A DNA stretch of 64,000 nt from assembly GCA_964545575.1 (NCBI GenBank), contig CAZJFL010000001.1, positions 294,178-358,177 on the forward strand. The letters run 5' to 3'. Origin of the DNA: an uncultured Planctomycetales bacterium. GTDB lineage: Bacteria > Omnitrophota > Gorgyraeia > Gygaellales > Profunditerraquicolaceae. The notes beneath the pieces were generated by a model. It was not told the DNA's origin. It did not search any database and worked only from the letters and a program-made list of their open reading frames with translations. Numbering within the stretch: position 1 is the stretch's first letter; each line of letters starts with the position of its first letter. Positions 15,001 to 30,000 of this stretch are shown here, piece by piece. The position numbers and the translations under genes are program-made.

Positions 15001-18000
15001 AACCTTTGCGCGTTTGTCTGTAACCACGACCTGCGATTGCGCCAATCGCAGCCGCGCGCCACACGCCCGGGCTAAGCGTTCTTCTAGCCATTCCTAATTC
15101 TTTAATAAATTGCGCTGTCCCTATATAATCAACCGACTTCATTCCCCAGTTAAACGCGGGCTTCAAGCCAGCCGGCAAAGTACCCAACGCCCTGCTGATT
15201 CCCACGTTGCCTACTACCGAGCCAAACTCAGCCGCCGGCAAGCCTTCAGTGATGCCTTTCGGCGCAGCCTGCGCCGCCTGCTGTTGCTGCCGTCTATTAT
15301 TAAGCCATCCTTTTACCGCAGCCGCTGCTGTATCCCATAATTTCTGTAGTTCGTTTTTTGGTGCCCCTACCAATGCTTCCACCGGGTCAAACGAGCGCAG
15401 CGTAGAAGTGGAAGAGGTACCGGGATCCTCTAATCCCTCTAAGTCCAAATCGGATAAATCGCCGAAATCGCCTGAATCAACGCCGGCAAAATTACGCCCT
15501 GCCTGCGGCTGAGGTTGCGGCGCCGGCTGGCTGGCCTTATTAAGGTAAGGAGCGAGCAAGGCTAATCCTCCGGCAAGAATAAAGGTAGCGGTTAGTTCAG
15601 GAGGCAAATGCGGGATAGTGTGCGTAGCTTTAGCTACTGCCTGCATGCCGGTATTACCTAAGCCTGCGGCAAATAACCAATAGGGCACGCCCTTGATATC
15701 TTTAAATATCGTGCCGCCATCTAAGGGTTTAAGCGGAAGTAGGTTAAATACGGCCATGCCTAAGTTAACCGTAGTAAATAAATTCAGGGCGGTCTGTAGA
15801 TTCAAGCTGCCTTGCGCATTTACCCCGATATGCCCGCCCAAAGCCAAACCCGCGGCCATCAAGCCTAAGCTCACTAACGGGCCGGCCGCATAGACCAGCC
15901 TCTGCTTCCAATTACCGCGGGAATTTAAGCTATCCAGATCCTGTATGTTTGCTTTCCCTCCCAGCACACCCAGCTCTACCCCAGAAGTCTTGCGGCCAAA
16001 AATTCTGGCTACCAGGCCATGCCCGGCTAATTCGTGGCCTAAAACCGAAGCACCGATAATACCCGCGGATGCTAATCCGCCAATGAGACTGGTAGAAAGA
16101 TTATGATGGCCTAAGAATAAGCCAGCGGCAGCTAATACCGGTATAGCCAACGAAGTCCATTTAATAGTAAGATGATTGATCAAAGGCAAAGGTATGCTGA
16201 TTCCGGATTTATTGATGAATTTCGGCCGCGGCGCGGGTGCCTGGGCAGCTGCTTCCGGCTTAGCCGGATGGCCTTCCTGCCACTTTTTATCCCACTCTGC
16301 CTGCATGGACGCAAAGGCATCCACTGTGCCGGCTGCAGGCGTAAACTCTGCCTCGGCATCAAAAACTAACGGCTCTTCTGCCGTCGCCGCTGCCGGCTTC
16401 GGCGACAAGCGCTTGACTGTCGGTTTGCCGCTTAAAATTATCTCTCCTGTTTCTGCCTTGCTTGAAAATTCATCCCGCTTCACCTCGCAATATTTGCCGT
16501 TATCCATCACCCCGACATACTCTACCAGCGTGCCATCCGGAGCGACCTTAAGGATGCCTGTCTTGACCACTGCTACCGAGTGCGCCGTGCCATCGTGGCG
16601 GATAAAGGCAACAAAAGGAGCGGCTTCCTCCATTCTCTGCTTATCTACTTCATTTGCCTGCCTTACCTCCTGATTACGGGCGGATAAGGTCTCCTGATAG
16701 TCAGCCAATTCTTTCGCTAAATCCTTTAATTGCTTCTGGTCGTAGGCAATCACTCTATTCTTGAGCGAAGGAATCAGTTTCGCCAAAAGGTTATCCCGCC
16801 GGGTTGCCAATTGCCGGTTGTAACTGATATCACTTTCTAGGGCTTCTTTATACTGCTCCAGTTGCGTGAGTAAAACGCGCACCTCATCTTCCTGGAGACT
16901 CAAGAGGACCGAAATTAAAATACCGTCTAACCCTTTATAATAATTCAGCCACCTTCTATTCTGGGAGCGCACGCGCGGTATATCATTATCCAGCTGCCGG
17001 CTCAAATATCCCTGCAACACCCTGATTAAATACCCTAAATAAACATCGTCGACTTCTGCGGGAGGAATTGCCGTTTTGAATGCCCGCGGCATACCCTTGA
17101 AACGCGCAAGCACTTTCTGGGCGCTCTCTGTCTTTGGTGTGCCCGCAAGCTCGGCTAACTCTTGAATAGCCTCAATCGTGGCAGTTAATTCTTTTTCCCT
17201 TGCCTCTGCGTCGCTGGCAACGATAGCATCCTTTAAGCTAGCCGGCGGTTCTTTAACCGCAGCAGGCGCCGACTTCTTTAATGCCGCCAGGTTAGCCGCA
17301 TTTAAGCGCACTCCGTGCCGGCGGGCGATTTTTACGATATCGGAGACATACAACCCGATCTGATTGTCACGGCCCGCATTAATAACTATCCTTTTTCTGC
17401 CGTTATTGCTGTCACTGACCAAAATATCCAGAATATCGCGGGTAATCTCCTGAACAGCATCCGGACCCAATTTTCCCCTTTCCCGCAATAAAATTCCCAA
17501 GATCTGCGTGGCGCAGATGCTTAAGGCCCTGCCGCCGCCGTTAGAGAGGGTATTAAATAACTGCTCTAATTTATCAGGGGCCATCTTCAATAATTCACCT
17601 TGCCAGCGGCTTAAGCCGTTGCGACCAAGATAATCTTTTCTTCTCTGGATTACCTGCTTCCTTGCCTCAATCTTTTCCCTCTGTTTTCTTTCTTTGATAT
17701 TCTTTATCAGTACCTTCGCCCACTCAAACAGCCCCTTCTTAAACGAAGGTCTCTCCACGGCAGGGGCGCTGCGGTCGCCTTCCTTAACCACCTCATGATA
17801 TCGCCTCAGGTCTTCTGCTACCCTTTGCGCTTCCCGCTGTGAGGCATCAAACGTCTGGATGGTTATCTTATTCACCATCAGTTTATTCTGCTTCAAGGAG
17901 ATAAGCCGCTCTCCCAGTTCTTTTGTTGTAAGCTTCTCGTCAAAGACAATCTGTAACAACCCCAGCATATCTTTTTCCTCAACCCGGCCTTCTTCCTGCG

Positions 18001-21000
18001 CGGCCTTCAGCAAGTTGGCCTTTTCCTGAATATCCTTTAAGATGCCCTCTCCGGCAATCATCCTTTCTCTCTGCCATAATACTGACAACTTTTCTTGTGT
18101 TAAATCTTTCAAGAACTGCGTATATTCTTCTCGGGTAGTAATCTTTGCTAGTTTATCTGCGTATTTTACTATTCCTTCATATCTGCTACCTGCCAATAAA
18201 GCTTTTCTCTGGGCTTCTGCGGCGCCGGCTATCTGTTTCTGTGTCCCCTGGAATTCTTTTAAAGCCGCCGCTAGCGATAAAACCGCTTCTCTACCGATAC
18301 CGGCAAGCGTATGCATCAACGCGCCTATGCCAAAAACACCGCTTCTACGGAGAAACTCCCTATTATTTACCGCGCTGCGGCCATTCTTGATATACTCGGC
18401 GTACTTTTCAAGGGTATCGATAAGTTTAGAAATATCTTTTGGCCCTAAGACCACGCTGGATAAATCCCTAAAAAATACCGCGTTATAATAAGTTAACCTT
18501 TTGGGAAAAGTTAACCTTTTGGAAAGCGCCTGTCTTAAAGCACCCTGCTCTCTTTCTCTCTGCTTTCGCGTTATACCCTTATCAAACATAGCCAAATAAT
18601 TATGGAATGATTCCGTTATCTCCAGTAACTCTTTATCCTCTATGCCCTCTCTAGCGGATTTTAATGACTTATTTAATAGGTCTTGAACTAAGTCCCGGTA
18701 TTTATTTTTATTTTTGGATTCCTGCGAATAGTTATTATGAGAGACTAACCCGAAGGCCTGTAAAACATAAGTTATTATTTGAATTCTTCTGGCAACCATT
18801 TCCGCATCGCTCATCTGGGGTAAAACCGTCCCCGCCTTTTCTCTTTCTACGCTAGCAGCAATTTCTTTCGGCTTCTCTTTACCAAAAACAGTAATGGGTT
18901 TTGTCAAGTAAGGAATTTCTTCAAAGTCAATGGATGCAAACCCGTCATAGGTCTCGCCAAAGCCCAAACTGATTTTCTCTATGCCGTTCTCTTTGGTAAT
19001 GCTGAGGCGCGGCACTAAACCGCCCGCCACGTGGACCTGCGGATGACCGATAGAAAACAAGCGGCTGCCGCTGGCAGTATAAAGCGTGCTGTAGCCGGTC
19101 TGGCGCGTGCCGCCCTGCTGGGCGCTTACCAAGATAAACTGACCGCCTTTTACCTGAGAGACAATATATTCCTTGCCGTCTTTGGTCTTGAGCCTGAAAA
19201 GACGAGAAGTAGAGTTTTCTCCTTCCAGCGCCAAAATCTTCTGATTAGCTTCCTTTAACTCGCCTTCTATCCTGCTGATTTTTTCTTCCACCGGCCTGAT
19301 TAACGCCTGCGCACTCGGCGCATCTGCTAAGACAACATTCTCATCGTCAAGAATATCCTGCTTCTCTCTGCGGGCTGCTTCCAGCTTTACGAGCAAAGCT
19401 TCCTTCTGCTTTCGGGCTTGGGCTAAAAGAATTTCTGACTGGTAAGGTTGTATCCTTACGCTTGCTTCCTCAACCGCCTGAAGTTCTTCTTTCGCCAAAA
19501 TCTTCTGATTAATTTCTTTTAACGCGTTTTCTATCCTGCGGATTTTTTCTTCCACCGGCCTGATTAACGCCTGCGCACTCCTCGTATCTGCTAAAACAGT
19601 ATCTTCATTGTCAAGAATATCCTGTTTTTCTCTGCGGGCTACTTCCAGCTCTGCGAGCAAAGCTTCCTTCTGCTGCCGAGCCTGGGCTAAAAGAATTTCT
19701 TGCCCCTGTAATTGCGCTAACAAGTTTATCTTTCTGCGCTGTAAATCGGCAAAGTGTTCCGGCGCGATTACCTCAGCATCCTGAACATTCTCCGCACCGC
19801 CCAATAAACTAATCGCCGCCTTAAGGGTGTCTTTTTCGGCAAACCAGGCAGGCGCGCTCTTTGTGCCTTGCAATTGGGCCAAGGTTACCACCTGCGCTGC
19901 AGCATCGGGATATTGGAAAGTAAAATGCCTTCCTTGTGGGTCATAGGTAATGTTTAATGTAGTCTTGCCTGCCTTAAATTGCACCGGGGCGGATACCCAG
20001 CGCTTACCGGCGGTATCATAAAGTAACAGTTTCCCGCCGGAAACACACATCTCTACCTTCCGACCATTGGCTAAGCGCAAAACAAAAGGATTATCGCTGG
20101 AATAGCCATTTGCCTTTAGCTGCTGCTCTGCTAACTGCCGCTCCAATCTCTTTTGTTCTGCTTCTAAGGGAGCGCTCTCGGATTTGGCAGCCGCCTCTGC
20201 TGTGATGAGTTCCGCAGACTTGGCCATTAGCGTATCTACCGCCGGCAAAATTTCGGCTACGCTATGGCCATCCACCTTTCCTGCCAGCTGCGGCAGGCCG
20301 CCTAATCTCTTTAGCTGTTCTTGCAGCGCAGAAGCGGCAAAGGCGACAGCCGGCAAAAGACGTTCAGTAGCGTCCTCGGACCTTCTATTTATCACGACGG
20401 TCCTGCTCTCGACATCATTAATCTGGCCAGTTTGTTCTTCAGTCTCTATGTATCTGCGTGCTGCCCTGCGCGAAGTGCCGCGGTTGGCTGCGAGAATCAG
20501 TCCATCGATAGCTATGCTGACTTCGCTGAATGCCTGGCCGGCTTCTTTCTTCCCCAGCACTACCGGCAGGAAAACCTTGTTCCCATTTCCAGCTTCACAA
20601 TAGAGCGGGACGTTCAAACCCGCTTCTAATTCTAATTGATAAGGATTATTCTTGGAAAAATCGCGGCTTAGCGTCGCTGCATCAACCCAGAAAGCCTTGC
20701 CTTTATAAACAAAGCTCAGCTGTTTACCGGCGTATAATGTACCGGCGGTTAACTCCAATTCCACCCGCTCTACCACCGGCACCGTAACCTTAGCCCGCGC
20801 ATCTTTCTCTGCCGGCTGCGCGGCCTTTTTGGGCGTAGAAAAGACATCCTTCCAATTTTGCGCCAAAGGATCCAAAGAATCTCCTGCCACCGGCATAGAG
20901 ATCGTCAGTTGATTCTCAATCGAATGATAATATAAAGGAATCCTCGCCCCGCCTAACTCGATATAAGCCGGCGCCTTGGCCTTGCCATTTAAGTCGCTTG

Positions 21001-24000
21001 CCTTATTCGTTACTCTGGCGCCGTTGCCCTCAAAAATAAAGACACCTTGTTCATAGTCATAGCTTACGGTAACCTCAACCTTCTTGGCTGCCAGGGTGGT
21101 TACTTTCTGTCGAACATCCGGCTCGCCAAAATCCGGCACGCTGATATAGCCCCACGCCTGCCAATCCGCAGTTAAAGCAGCGGCGGCCTTGCCAATTGCT
21201 GCTCTTGCCTTCTCCAGCTCAGCGAGTAAATTGGCTAATTTCTCGCGCGCCTGCTTCACTTCAGCTTCTAAGCGCGTTTTTTCGGCGCCAGCCTCCCCCT
21301 CCCCGGCCTGCTTTTGTAATTCGGCGATTCTGGTTTGCAGGCGCTGGGTTTCCCATGCCTGCGCCACATTCATATCCTTACTTAATTGCACCAGCAGCGG
21401 CTGTGCGCTTAATTTATTCAGCGCTTCCAAGGGGTCATTGTCAAATCTAAGAGCCTCATCACTGATTAATTTTACCGCTTCAATAATCCCTCTTTGCTGG
21501 TTAGTTAAATACCCCCTGTCGACCAGGGAATCGATATTTTCATCGCTGGGATCGGATAAGCGCGCATTGATCGCCTGGGTTCTTAAGGTCATCCTTTGCC
21601 GGAAGGCTAAAGCTTTCTTATCATCTATCTGGGGAGTTAAAGCCGCGATGTCGGATAAATCGCCCATCACTGCCTGCTGGAACTGAGCTTTCTTCTGCTC
21701 CAGCGGAGAAACTGTTGCGCTGGTTTGCTCTGGGTGGGTGACCGGGGCCGGAGTCACCGGAGCTTCTACTTTCAGCTTTAGGGTTCCGTTATCCGCCAAT
21801 TCTAATCCGGCTTCCTTGCGCCGGGTCTCTACCAAATCCCGGACATATTTCTGTATTTTAGTGTCGGGAGTGGTAGCCAGTGCAAATAAATCATCATTAG
21901 CTAGATTAGTTAAGGAAATTGCTTTTTCTAATCCTGTGCCAGCTCGACGCACCTGCTGGTAACGTTCCCATAAATCAAATCTAGCCCCGCTACCTATACC
22001 TAAAAAGACCTTTTGCATTAATTCGCGGTTCTTGATATCCGGGGCCTTCTCCAAATAATCTTTGACTTGCTCGATCTCCTCGCCGGTTAAATCAAAGGTG
22101 CCTTTGTGCAAAGAGGCGATAATATCGCCTTCATTCTTTCCTTTCATCCTGGCAATCTCACCGGCGATTAAACGCATCTGCTTGTTAAGTTGCCTGTCAC
22201 TATAACCAAGGTCGCGGTTTGCATAACCGGCGAACCATTGCAATACTCCATAAACTACTTTCTTACCCAGGTTCCAATTTTCTCTGTTTTCGTTTGTAGC
22301 CATAAAAGTCAGGGACGTCTTTAACATATCTCCCCTGGCTACCTTTAAAAGCTGATCCTCGGTTACCTGCCGAGCGAGAGGCTTGCCGCTTGTAGCCGCT
22401 AAATCATTACGCACCTCAGCTGCTTTAACCAAAAGCTCTCTTGCCCGGACTAACTCTCTATCGGTCAAACTAAATCCCTGGTGCAGCTTAATCGCAAAAT
22501 TAATATCATCTATGCCGTAAGCTTTTGCCGAACCCTCTAAGGTCTTACCTGGTTTGCCGATATCTTTGGATAATTTGTATATCCGCTCGCTAAACTGCGC
22601 TGCCTGCCGCGGATGGAATACCCGGTTCAAGAAACTTCGGCTTTGCTTAATTACCTGATAAGGATTATCTGAAACCAAAAGATTCTGCAGCGTGGATAAC
22701 TTGACTTTATTTATAGCGGAATCCAACACGGGTGCCGTGTTTCTTGTCGTCACTGGCATGCCGAATATTCTTTTTACGCCACTGACTATGTTGCCAATAT
22801 TAAGCGACCCGGCCTCATCACTGAGCACATTAAGCGGATTGGATGTTTTTGTATAGATCTGCTGAATATATCCCAGATTTTTCTGCAGACCTGCCGCGCC
22901 TAATGCCGGAACTAATAAAGTAGCGAATTCCGCCGCGACTGCATTGTCATTTGATAAATTCAGCTCTTTCTTTATCTGTCCCCAGCTAATATTAGAATAT
23001 TGCTTGAGTGTCCTGGCTGAGCGGATAAGAGGCAGGCCATGCTTAATCTCAGAACCGGCTAATCTGCCAAAAGAAATAACCGATGAGATTGCATCGCTAG
23101 CAGACTTTCCTACTTTACCCTCGGATCGTAAACTAACCAACCATTTGCCAAATCTGTTCTCGCTAAAGAATCTCTGGGCGGTGGCCTGATAACGGTCCAT
23201 AGCGGCGGCACGCAGGTCTCGCGCTGCCTTTGCTTTATCCAGTAAGCCGCTGACTCGGCCGCTGCCAAAAGAAACCTTGAAATTATCGCGGGCATATCTG
23301 GCCAATGCCGTGCGGTCATTACCCTCTGGCCCGCCTTGGATTAAACCTACCATCTGAGATAGGCTGGGCAGTTCTCTACTATCAGAATTATGCTTTTCTA
23401 AAATCCCGTAAGTCTCAATGGCTGCCCGGGCAGTATGCAGGGAATAATCCGGATTTACTGCCGCATAAAGCACAGCTTCTATATCCGGATTGATTGCCTG
23501 ATACGGCGCAGCAACTTCATTTAACGCCTTGTGGGTAAGCTGGGTTCCGGAAGTAGCGGCAGCCTGGACTTTCTCTCCTAAATCTAACATCGCCGCATAT
23601 GAAGCCAGCTGCTTCTTTTCTTCGCCTTTAAGTTGGGTGAAATTATTTATATTGGGTTTAGTTAAGGGCGTTGTGGGGGTAGTGGTAGTTGTGGTAGATT
23701 GGGCCTGGTGGTAACGCTGGTATTCTGACATGGCGGCAGCCAGATGTACACCGACCGACTGGCTCAAATTCGGCCCGTTCGGCATATAAGAAGAAACAAA
23801 ATCAAACCAGACCTTATTCGGGGTCTCGGAATTCTGCGCCTCTGCTACCTTAGCCATGATTGCATCTCTACTTGGTAATTCGGCAACGCCCGCCTTTAGC
23901 ATCGCCTCCTGCACCCTGGCTACTTGTGCGCTAACCTTAGAATCCAAGTTAATATTTGTAGAAGGCATGATATTGCTGCCTAAGGCGCGCGCGGAAGCCA

Positions 24001-27000
24001 CCAGATCCCTAAATAACGGAGTTCTTGCCACATAGTCTAATTTTATGGCAATACTTTGATAATCCTTGATCCTGCCGTTCTCATAACCTATGTCTTGCAG
24101 GTTAGCTAAATATAAATCCAGAAGATTCTTGCCAGTTTTGGATTTTACATTTTTGCTTAACTCTCCATGTACATCGTAACCCTCTTTGACAATAGAAGAA
24201 ATCATCTCCCTTACCGCATCTTCAGCCGTACCCTTTAACGCATAGGGGCCCTTATGGAGAAGATCTACTTCCCGGGCTTCGTAATTTATCTTTTTCTCCA
24301 GTAATTCCTGGAAGCGGTTAGCATCTTTTAAGGCCTGCGGATCATCAGCAACAGAAGCGCGTAAGCGCTCCAGGCCTCTCTTTAAAGGATTGATCACAAA
24401 AAAGTCACGCATCTCTCTGATATTAAACAAGCTTGCTTCGCTTCTCTCGGAGTTTTGTTTATATTGCGAATTAAGACGTATTTTTTCTAAAGATGTCAGG
24501 CCGCCCTTCCCATCATAGGGTTTTTCTAACGCGCTTTTAACGAAATCCCGATCCGAATCCGAAGATACCCTTTGCATCCAATCCCTTAACTCGCTATCAG
24601 ATTTTACGCCTTCAAAATTGCTCTTGATTTTTGCATCATTAAAGTTTATCCTGAAATAGGCTGCCTCTCCGCTATGCCGCTGCGCCCTGGATAAAAGCTG
24701 GGTAAGGGTATTATCGGGGAGCAGCTCAGCATGGTTTAACACCAACAATTGATTCATTAGTCCGTTTTCCAGTATAAGCTTAGAAAGAAATTCACCATAA
24801 TCTAAACCGGTAAATGCCGACGGTCCCATTAAAAGCACCTGGCCTGCCTTAGCCTTTCTTGCTGCATCTACCAAGGAAACCCTATTATCCATGCCGGTCA
24901 TATCCACAACAACCTTATTAATTGCCCGCTCTGAAAGGCCCGCCTCTTTTAAGTTCTCGCTTAGTCTTGTTTTCATCTTGGACAGGCTTTCTGCGCTCCA
25001 GTCGGCATCGCCAAACATAAAAAGTCCCATACCTAGGGTTAACTTAACCCCTTGCCCGCGCTCCTGCCACTGCCGGCCGTCTCTAAGGATTCTTCCGGCA
25101 AGAAACTCCCTTGTCCCTTCTTTGGTCTGCATGCGTTCTCTTAAATAAGCGTCTCTGGCAGCTCCACTTAAACCCCGTTGATCGGCGGCCTGTTCAAGGC
25201 GACTGCGTCTTTCCGCAAGTTTTCCTTCTATAAACTTACCGGCCTCCTGCATTGCCCATTTCCATTCCCGACCGACAAAACCAGCAAAAGTCTCTGGCCC
25301 CATCCCCTTAAATATCTTCGCCAGCGTCTGCTCATAATGCTGCTCTACAAATTTGCCAATTGCTTCAGCCCCTTCTATGCCCTGCTGAACAGCTCTGCGC
25401 TGAAGGCCTATTCTTAACAGCTCTTCGATTTTTTCAGGAAAACTGGAGGCGCTTAAATTCATTGTCTTTGAACCGATCTTAAACAAGGTGAGCATATCTA
25501 AACCCGCGGTAGTCCCGGAGGCGCCGTGGGTCCAGGTAAAAGGATTAGCCAGGGTCATAGAAAGAGCGCTCTGATGAACGGTAGTCCCTTCCCGGCAAAG
25601 AAGGCGCGCTTTTTCTACGTCGCCGCCTTTAAGCTTTAAGGCGATCCCTAATTGTACATACGGGCTGCTAAATACGTTATTTTCTAAGACCCTGCCGGCA
25701 TGAGTAGGAACCAAATGCTGGTCTAGCCCCTCACCTACGAGCCGCCAGCCCTGAGCATTGTGCTTCGCCCCTTCTCCCATGTACATGCCTACCAAAAGAT
25801 CATTAACGATCCCGCTGTCTTTCCCGCGGCCGTGCTTGTTTATGTCTGCGACCGACTGCAATTCTTTTATTGCCGCTGAGGTAAGCTTATACTGCCCGTA
25901 TGCTTCTTCAATTACATACTTACCCCTATTTATCTGCTCGCCCTCCTCAGGGGTTAATTTTTTGCCACCGGCAGTATAAAAATCTTCTCCATGCCTATAG
26001 ACTATCGGGATATCTTTTAATACGGCGTAAAACTTACCGGATGATCTGACTTCTTTAGTACTCTCCAGCGGCTTGTGTCCGCCTAAACCCGCTTCTATGG
26101 CGGTCTCGGTGGCCAGAAGATGCAGATGGTGTTCATCAATCCCTCTCCAGTTCGTCTTAAACATCTCCAGCTTTAAAGCATAATCATTTGACCAGCGGTT
26201 CTCTAAAAACCCGTGGATCACGCTGCCCTCTAAAACCGTAACCACATTAGGATTGGCAAGCCAATCTTTCACTAAGTCGGCCCTATTCATGGTTTCTCTA
26301 TTGATCAGCTGAGGATTCAGCCCAGCGCTGGCAAATAATATTTTGGCTTCACCCTTAAGATATTGATCCGCCGCAGATTGAGGCACTAGCTGGCCCCGGA
26401 ATTTATCACCTAAGAAAAGACGGGCATTAATCTGGTCTAAAATAAAAATATAGGTTTTCCCGCCGGCGGTATTTACGCCGGCGTTATTATTTTGGGCAAA
26501 TTCTCCTAACATCAATTGCTGGGCTAAATATATTGTTTTGCCTTTGCCTAAAAAGCGGTTCAGGATAGTTTCCGCATAAGCCCGGGCCATAATGGGATCT
26601 ATCCCTTTGTTGACATCTTGAGAAATAGAGAATTCTTTAAAAATTTCCTCGGCTTGAGCTCCGCTTGTAATATAACCGCCCTTACCACCTACCTTGCTAT
26701 CTACTATTTCATTAATGTCCTTGGAACGGGCTTCAAATGTTTTAAGGGCATCCTGTGCCCCCTTCCGATAATCAGAATTTTGCCATTTCTCCCCCCAGCT
26801 GCCTTTTTCATACCCTCCTTCTTTTGCTCCCCACAATTTCTTTAACCCTTCTTGTTGCGCCTGGTTTAATTTATGTATTTGCGCGTACTCACTGAATTTC
26901 CCCTGGCTTTCCATTAAGCCTGCCAAGAGCGCTACATTAATTAACTCATTCTGCTTTGCTGCGTTATCTACCTTATCCTTTAACTCAGTATGCAGGGTAC

Positions 27001-30000
27001 GTAACATTATCGTATCCTGGGGTTTTAAACCATACCATAATCCCTGCAGTACCTTAGCGTTGTCTACCAAAGTTGAAATAAGGTGCGGCTGCTTTATCTC
27101 AACTTCTCCCAACTGGCCTAAGTTAAGCTTAAGCGCTTCACTAGGAACCACGCCATTAGATGTCCTGCTCAAAAGTTCCAAATTCATTTTTTTATCCACT
27201 TCAGATAAGTGTGCCATCATAAAAGCAGCGGTTTCTTCCAGCCAAGGGTCATTTTTTTCTAAGCTATTGTACCTTTCAACAAGCACTTTTGCTTGCCGCA
27301 GCGATAAAGTTCCGCCTGAAGATAGAAATTCCGTATTCAGAGACTGTTGCCTTAAAGCTTTTTCTAACCAACCAAAATCTCCGCTGCCAAGATCGATCAT
27401 CGCTCCTGCTAACTCTATATATTTTCCTTCTCTTAGTGTGGTGATCTTAGTTTTTATTTCTGCTAGATCACTCAAGGGAGATATATCTTTATTAAAAATC
27501 CTCTGGCGGGCCAGACCCGAGGTAAACGCATCAGCCTTCACATCTACTTTAATTTCCCCTACTTTAAAAGTTATCGGATTACCTTCTATGCTCGCCTGAA
27601 AGAGTTCTGTGGTGGTAAACCTGTTAACCTGAGCTGAGTTCAAAGACATTGCTAATGCTTGACGGTCAAACTTCAGCCCTGCAAAACCTAACTCCTGAGA
27701 GAGATCGACTGTTTCTCCGGGGGCAGAATTCGCTTTTTGTCCGATGATCTCTAATATTTTATCTTGGCCGAGCCTATTTTTGATCTGCATAGAAGCGGTT
27801 TGCCCGGTAGCCACAAATTCACCTGCTATATTATAGGCCATCTGGTGAAAGATAGCTGCTTTGCCGTCCAGAAATTGCCTGGATAGATTATCGGTCTTCA
27901 GCCGCGGCCTAACAACCCTTTCAACCAACCGCTCTGCGCCGGGCGTCTGCATATATTCCAGCGCAAACTGCTCCCTGTCCTGTACGGTCTTGCCCAGCCT
28001 CTCTGCTTTTTTATAGGCGAACTCTTTAACCCTGTTTACTGCCCAAGCCCGTTGCTGCGTATTATAGGTATCTCTCTCCTTCTCCCAGGAGCTCGATTGA
28101 TTTATCGTCTTCACCATTACTGCCTGAGCTGTTTCGCTGCGCGCTATATCTTTGCTGTTCAATCCCGCTACATCTTTGATCGCGCTGGCTAATGACATTA
28201 ATAGCTGAGCCTGCTGCGCCTTATCCAAAGAAGCGCCGCCATTACCCGAGAGCATTTGTTGACCGATCCTGATGGCCAATAAATTATTCTCTGTAGGGGC
28301 GATATTTGCCTTCATGAATAACCCTATCCAGCCACCGGCTTCCGCGTCAAAGCTAGAAAACCCTGTCCGGTATTTTTCTTCACCAAACTTATCAAACTTA
28401 GTAAAAATCTGTAAAGCTTGGTTTATCCCGCCTACAAAGCCGGAGATATATAGGTAGGAATCGAAACTGGCTAATTTAGCTCCGATCCCCATCCAACTCA
28501 GTTTTCCTAAAGCCCTATCTACCCAGGCGCCTTTAATGGTCATAGGAAGAACCCTGGCTAAACGCACTATTGCCTTTTGCTCAAGCTCTATTCCCTGGAC
28601 AAATAATTCCTTGCTTAACTGCTGCACGATTTCTTTTTTTACCGGCCCACCGATTATCCCAGACGCCTTTCCCAAAAACTCTATTTTTTTCAGGGCACTA
28701 CCAAAGAGCCCTCCACCAGATGCCAACGCACGTGAAGTATCCAGAATGATATCGCCTCCCAGTTCCTTTTGTACCAAGGGCCGGCTGCATAAAAATACCA
28801 ATAAGCCTATTTTCGCTCCGGTGCGCGGGGAGGTGATCATATTAGGGATCAATGATCGGGTGATGTATTCCACTAATCCCTGCTTCATTACTGTTTGGGT
28901 CTCTTCCCCTGTCCAAACGTTATATTCTCTTTGAATAGCATCATTTTTATATATACGGTTCCAGACTAAATAATCAAAGGCCCCGAAACCGAAAGAAACC
29001 ATCGGCCACCTTATCGCCTGTTGCAGCATGATCTTGTTTAAAAGATTTGGATTTTCAGCAAGCACCTCTAATTTAGGTAATATTCCTTCGGGCAATTTAC
29101 CGTCTATCAGGCCGAGCTGTTTAAGCTCACCGTTAATATTCATTTTTAAACTCATGCCCTTTAAATCTGGATTCGCTGCCCCGAATTTATTATTGCCGAA
29201 TAGATGCTCCTGGCCGGCAGTGCTGGCTAAATAGCGGAACAATAACCCGATGGCCGCTCCCTTAAGAGCGCTTCCTAAGAGATCCCGGGAAGAATACTCC
29301 TTCAATTTTCCTCTTGCTGCAAAAATAATAAGATCTTTAAGCGTGTTTACTTCTGCCCCTGCAAGGGCAAAGACAGCATTTTTACCTAACCAGATTCCTG
29401 CCCTGGGAAGGAAATGAGCCCCGGGCTCAGCGCGTAAATTGGCTAAATTCCTTACTCCTTTCGCGCGATAAAGCTGGTATGCGCCAAAAGCAACTACTCC
29501 CATACCTATATCCTGAACCAACCTCCATGTAGGATTGGGGTCACCGTAAGCACTATTTTTGCCTACTTTCCCATTCAATATCTGCGAGTCCTTAATTAAA
29601 TATGATTCTAGGCCGGTGAGTCCGGAAATACCTACAGAGCCGGTTAACCTCGCCAACCAAGGCGCTTTATTAAAAGCGACATTAAACCCCCTAACATTTA
29701 ATTTACCAGCTGTATAGCCGCCGGCAAAGCCGGTAGCCAAGCCTAAACCGGCATCAATAGCCGCATCGGTAAAGCTGTAATCTCTGCCTCTGATTTCCGC
29801 ATCCATCCAGCCCCTGACTAAACTCACTCCTGCGCCGGATACGCCCCATCTTATACCATTAGCAAAATTCGGGAATTTTCTGGCAAGAGCCGTATTACCC
29901 AATCCTAAGCCTATTGCCCGAGAAGCCACATTAAACACAATGCCTTCTGCCACTCCTGAAGCGAAATTATCTGCAGTGCCTAAAGTCAAATCTTCTATAA

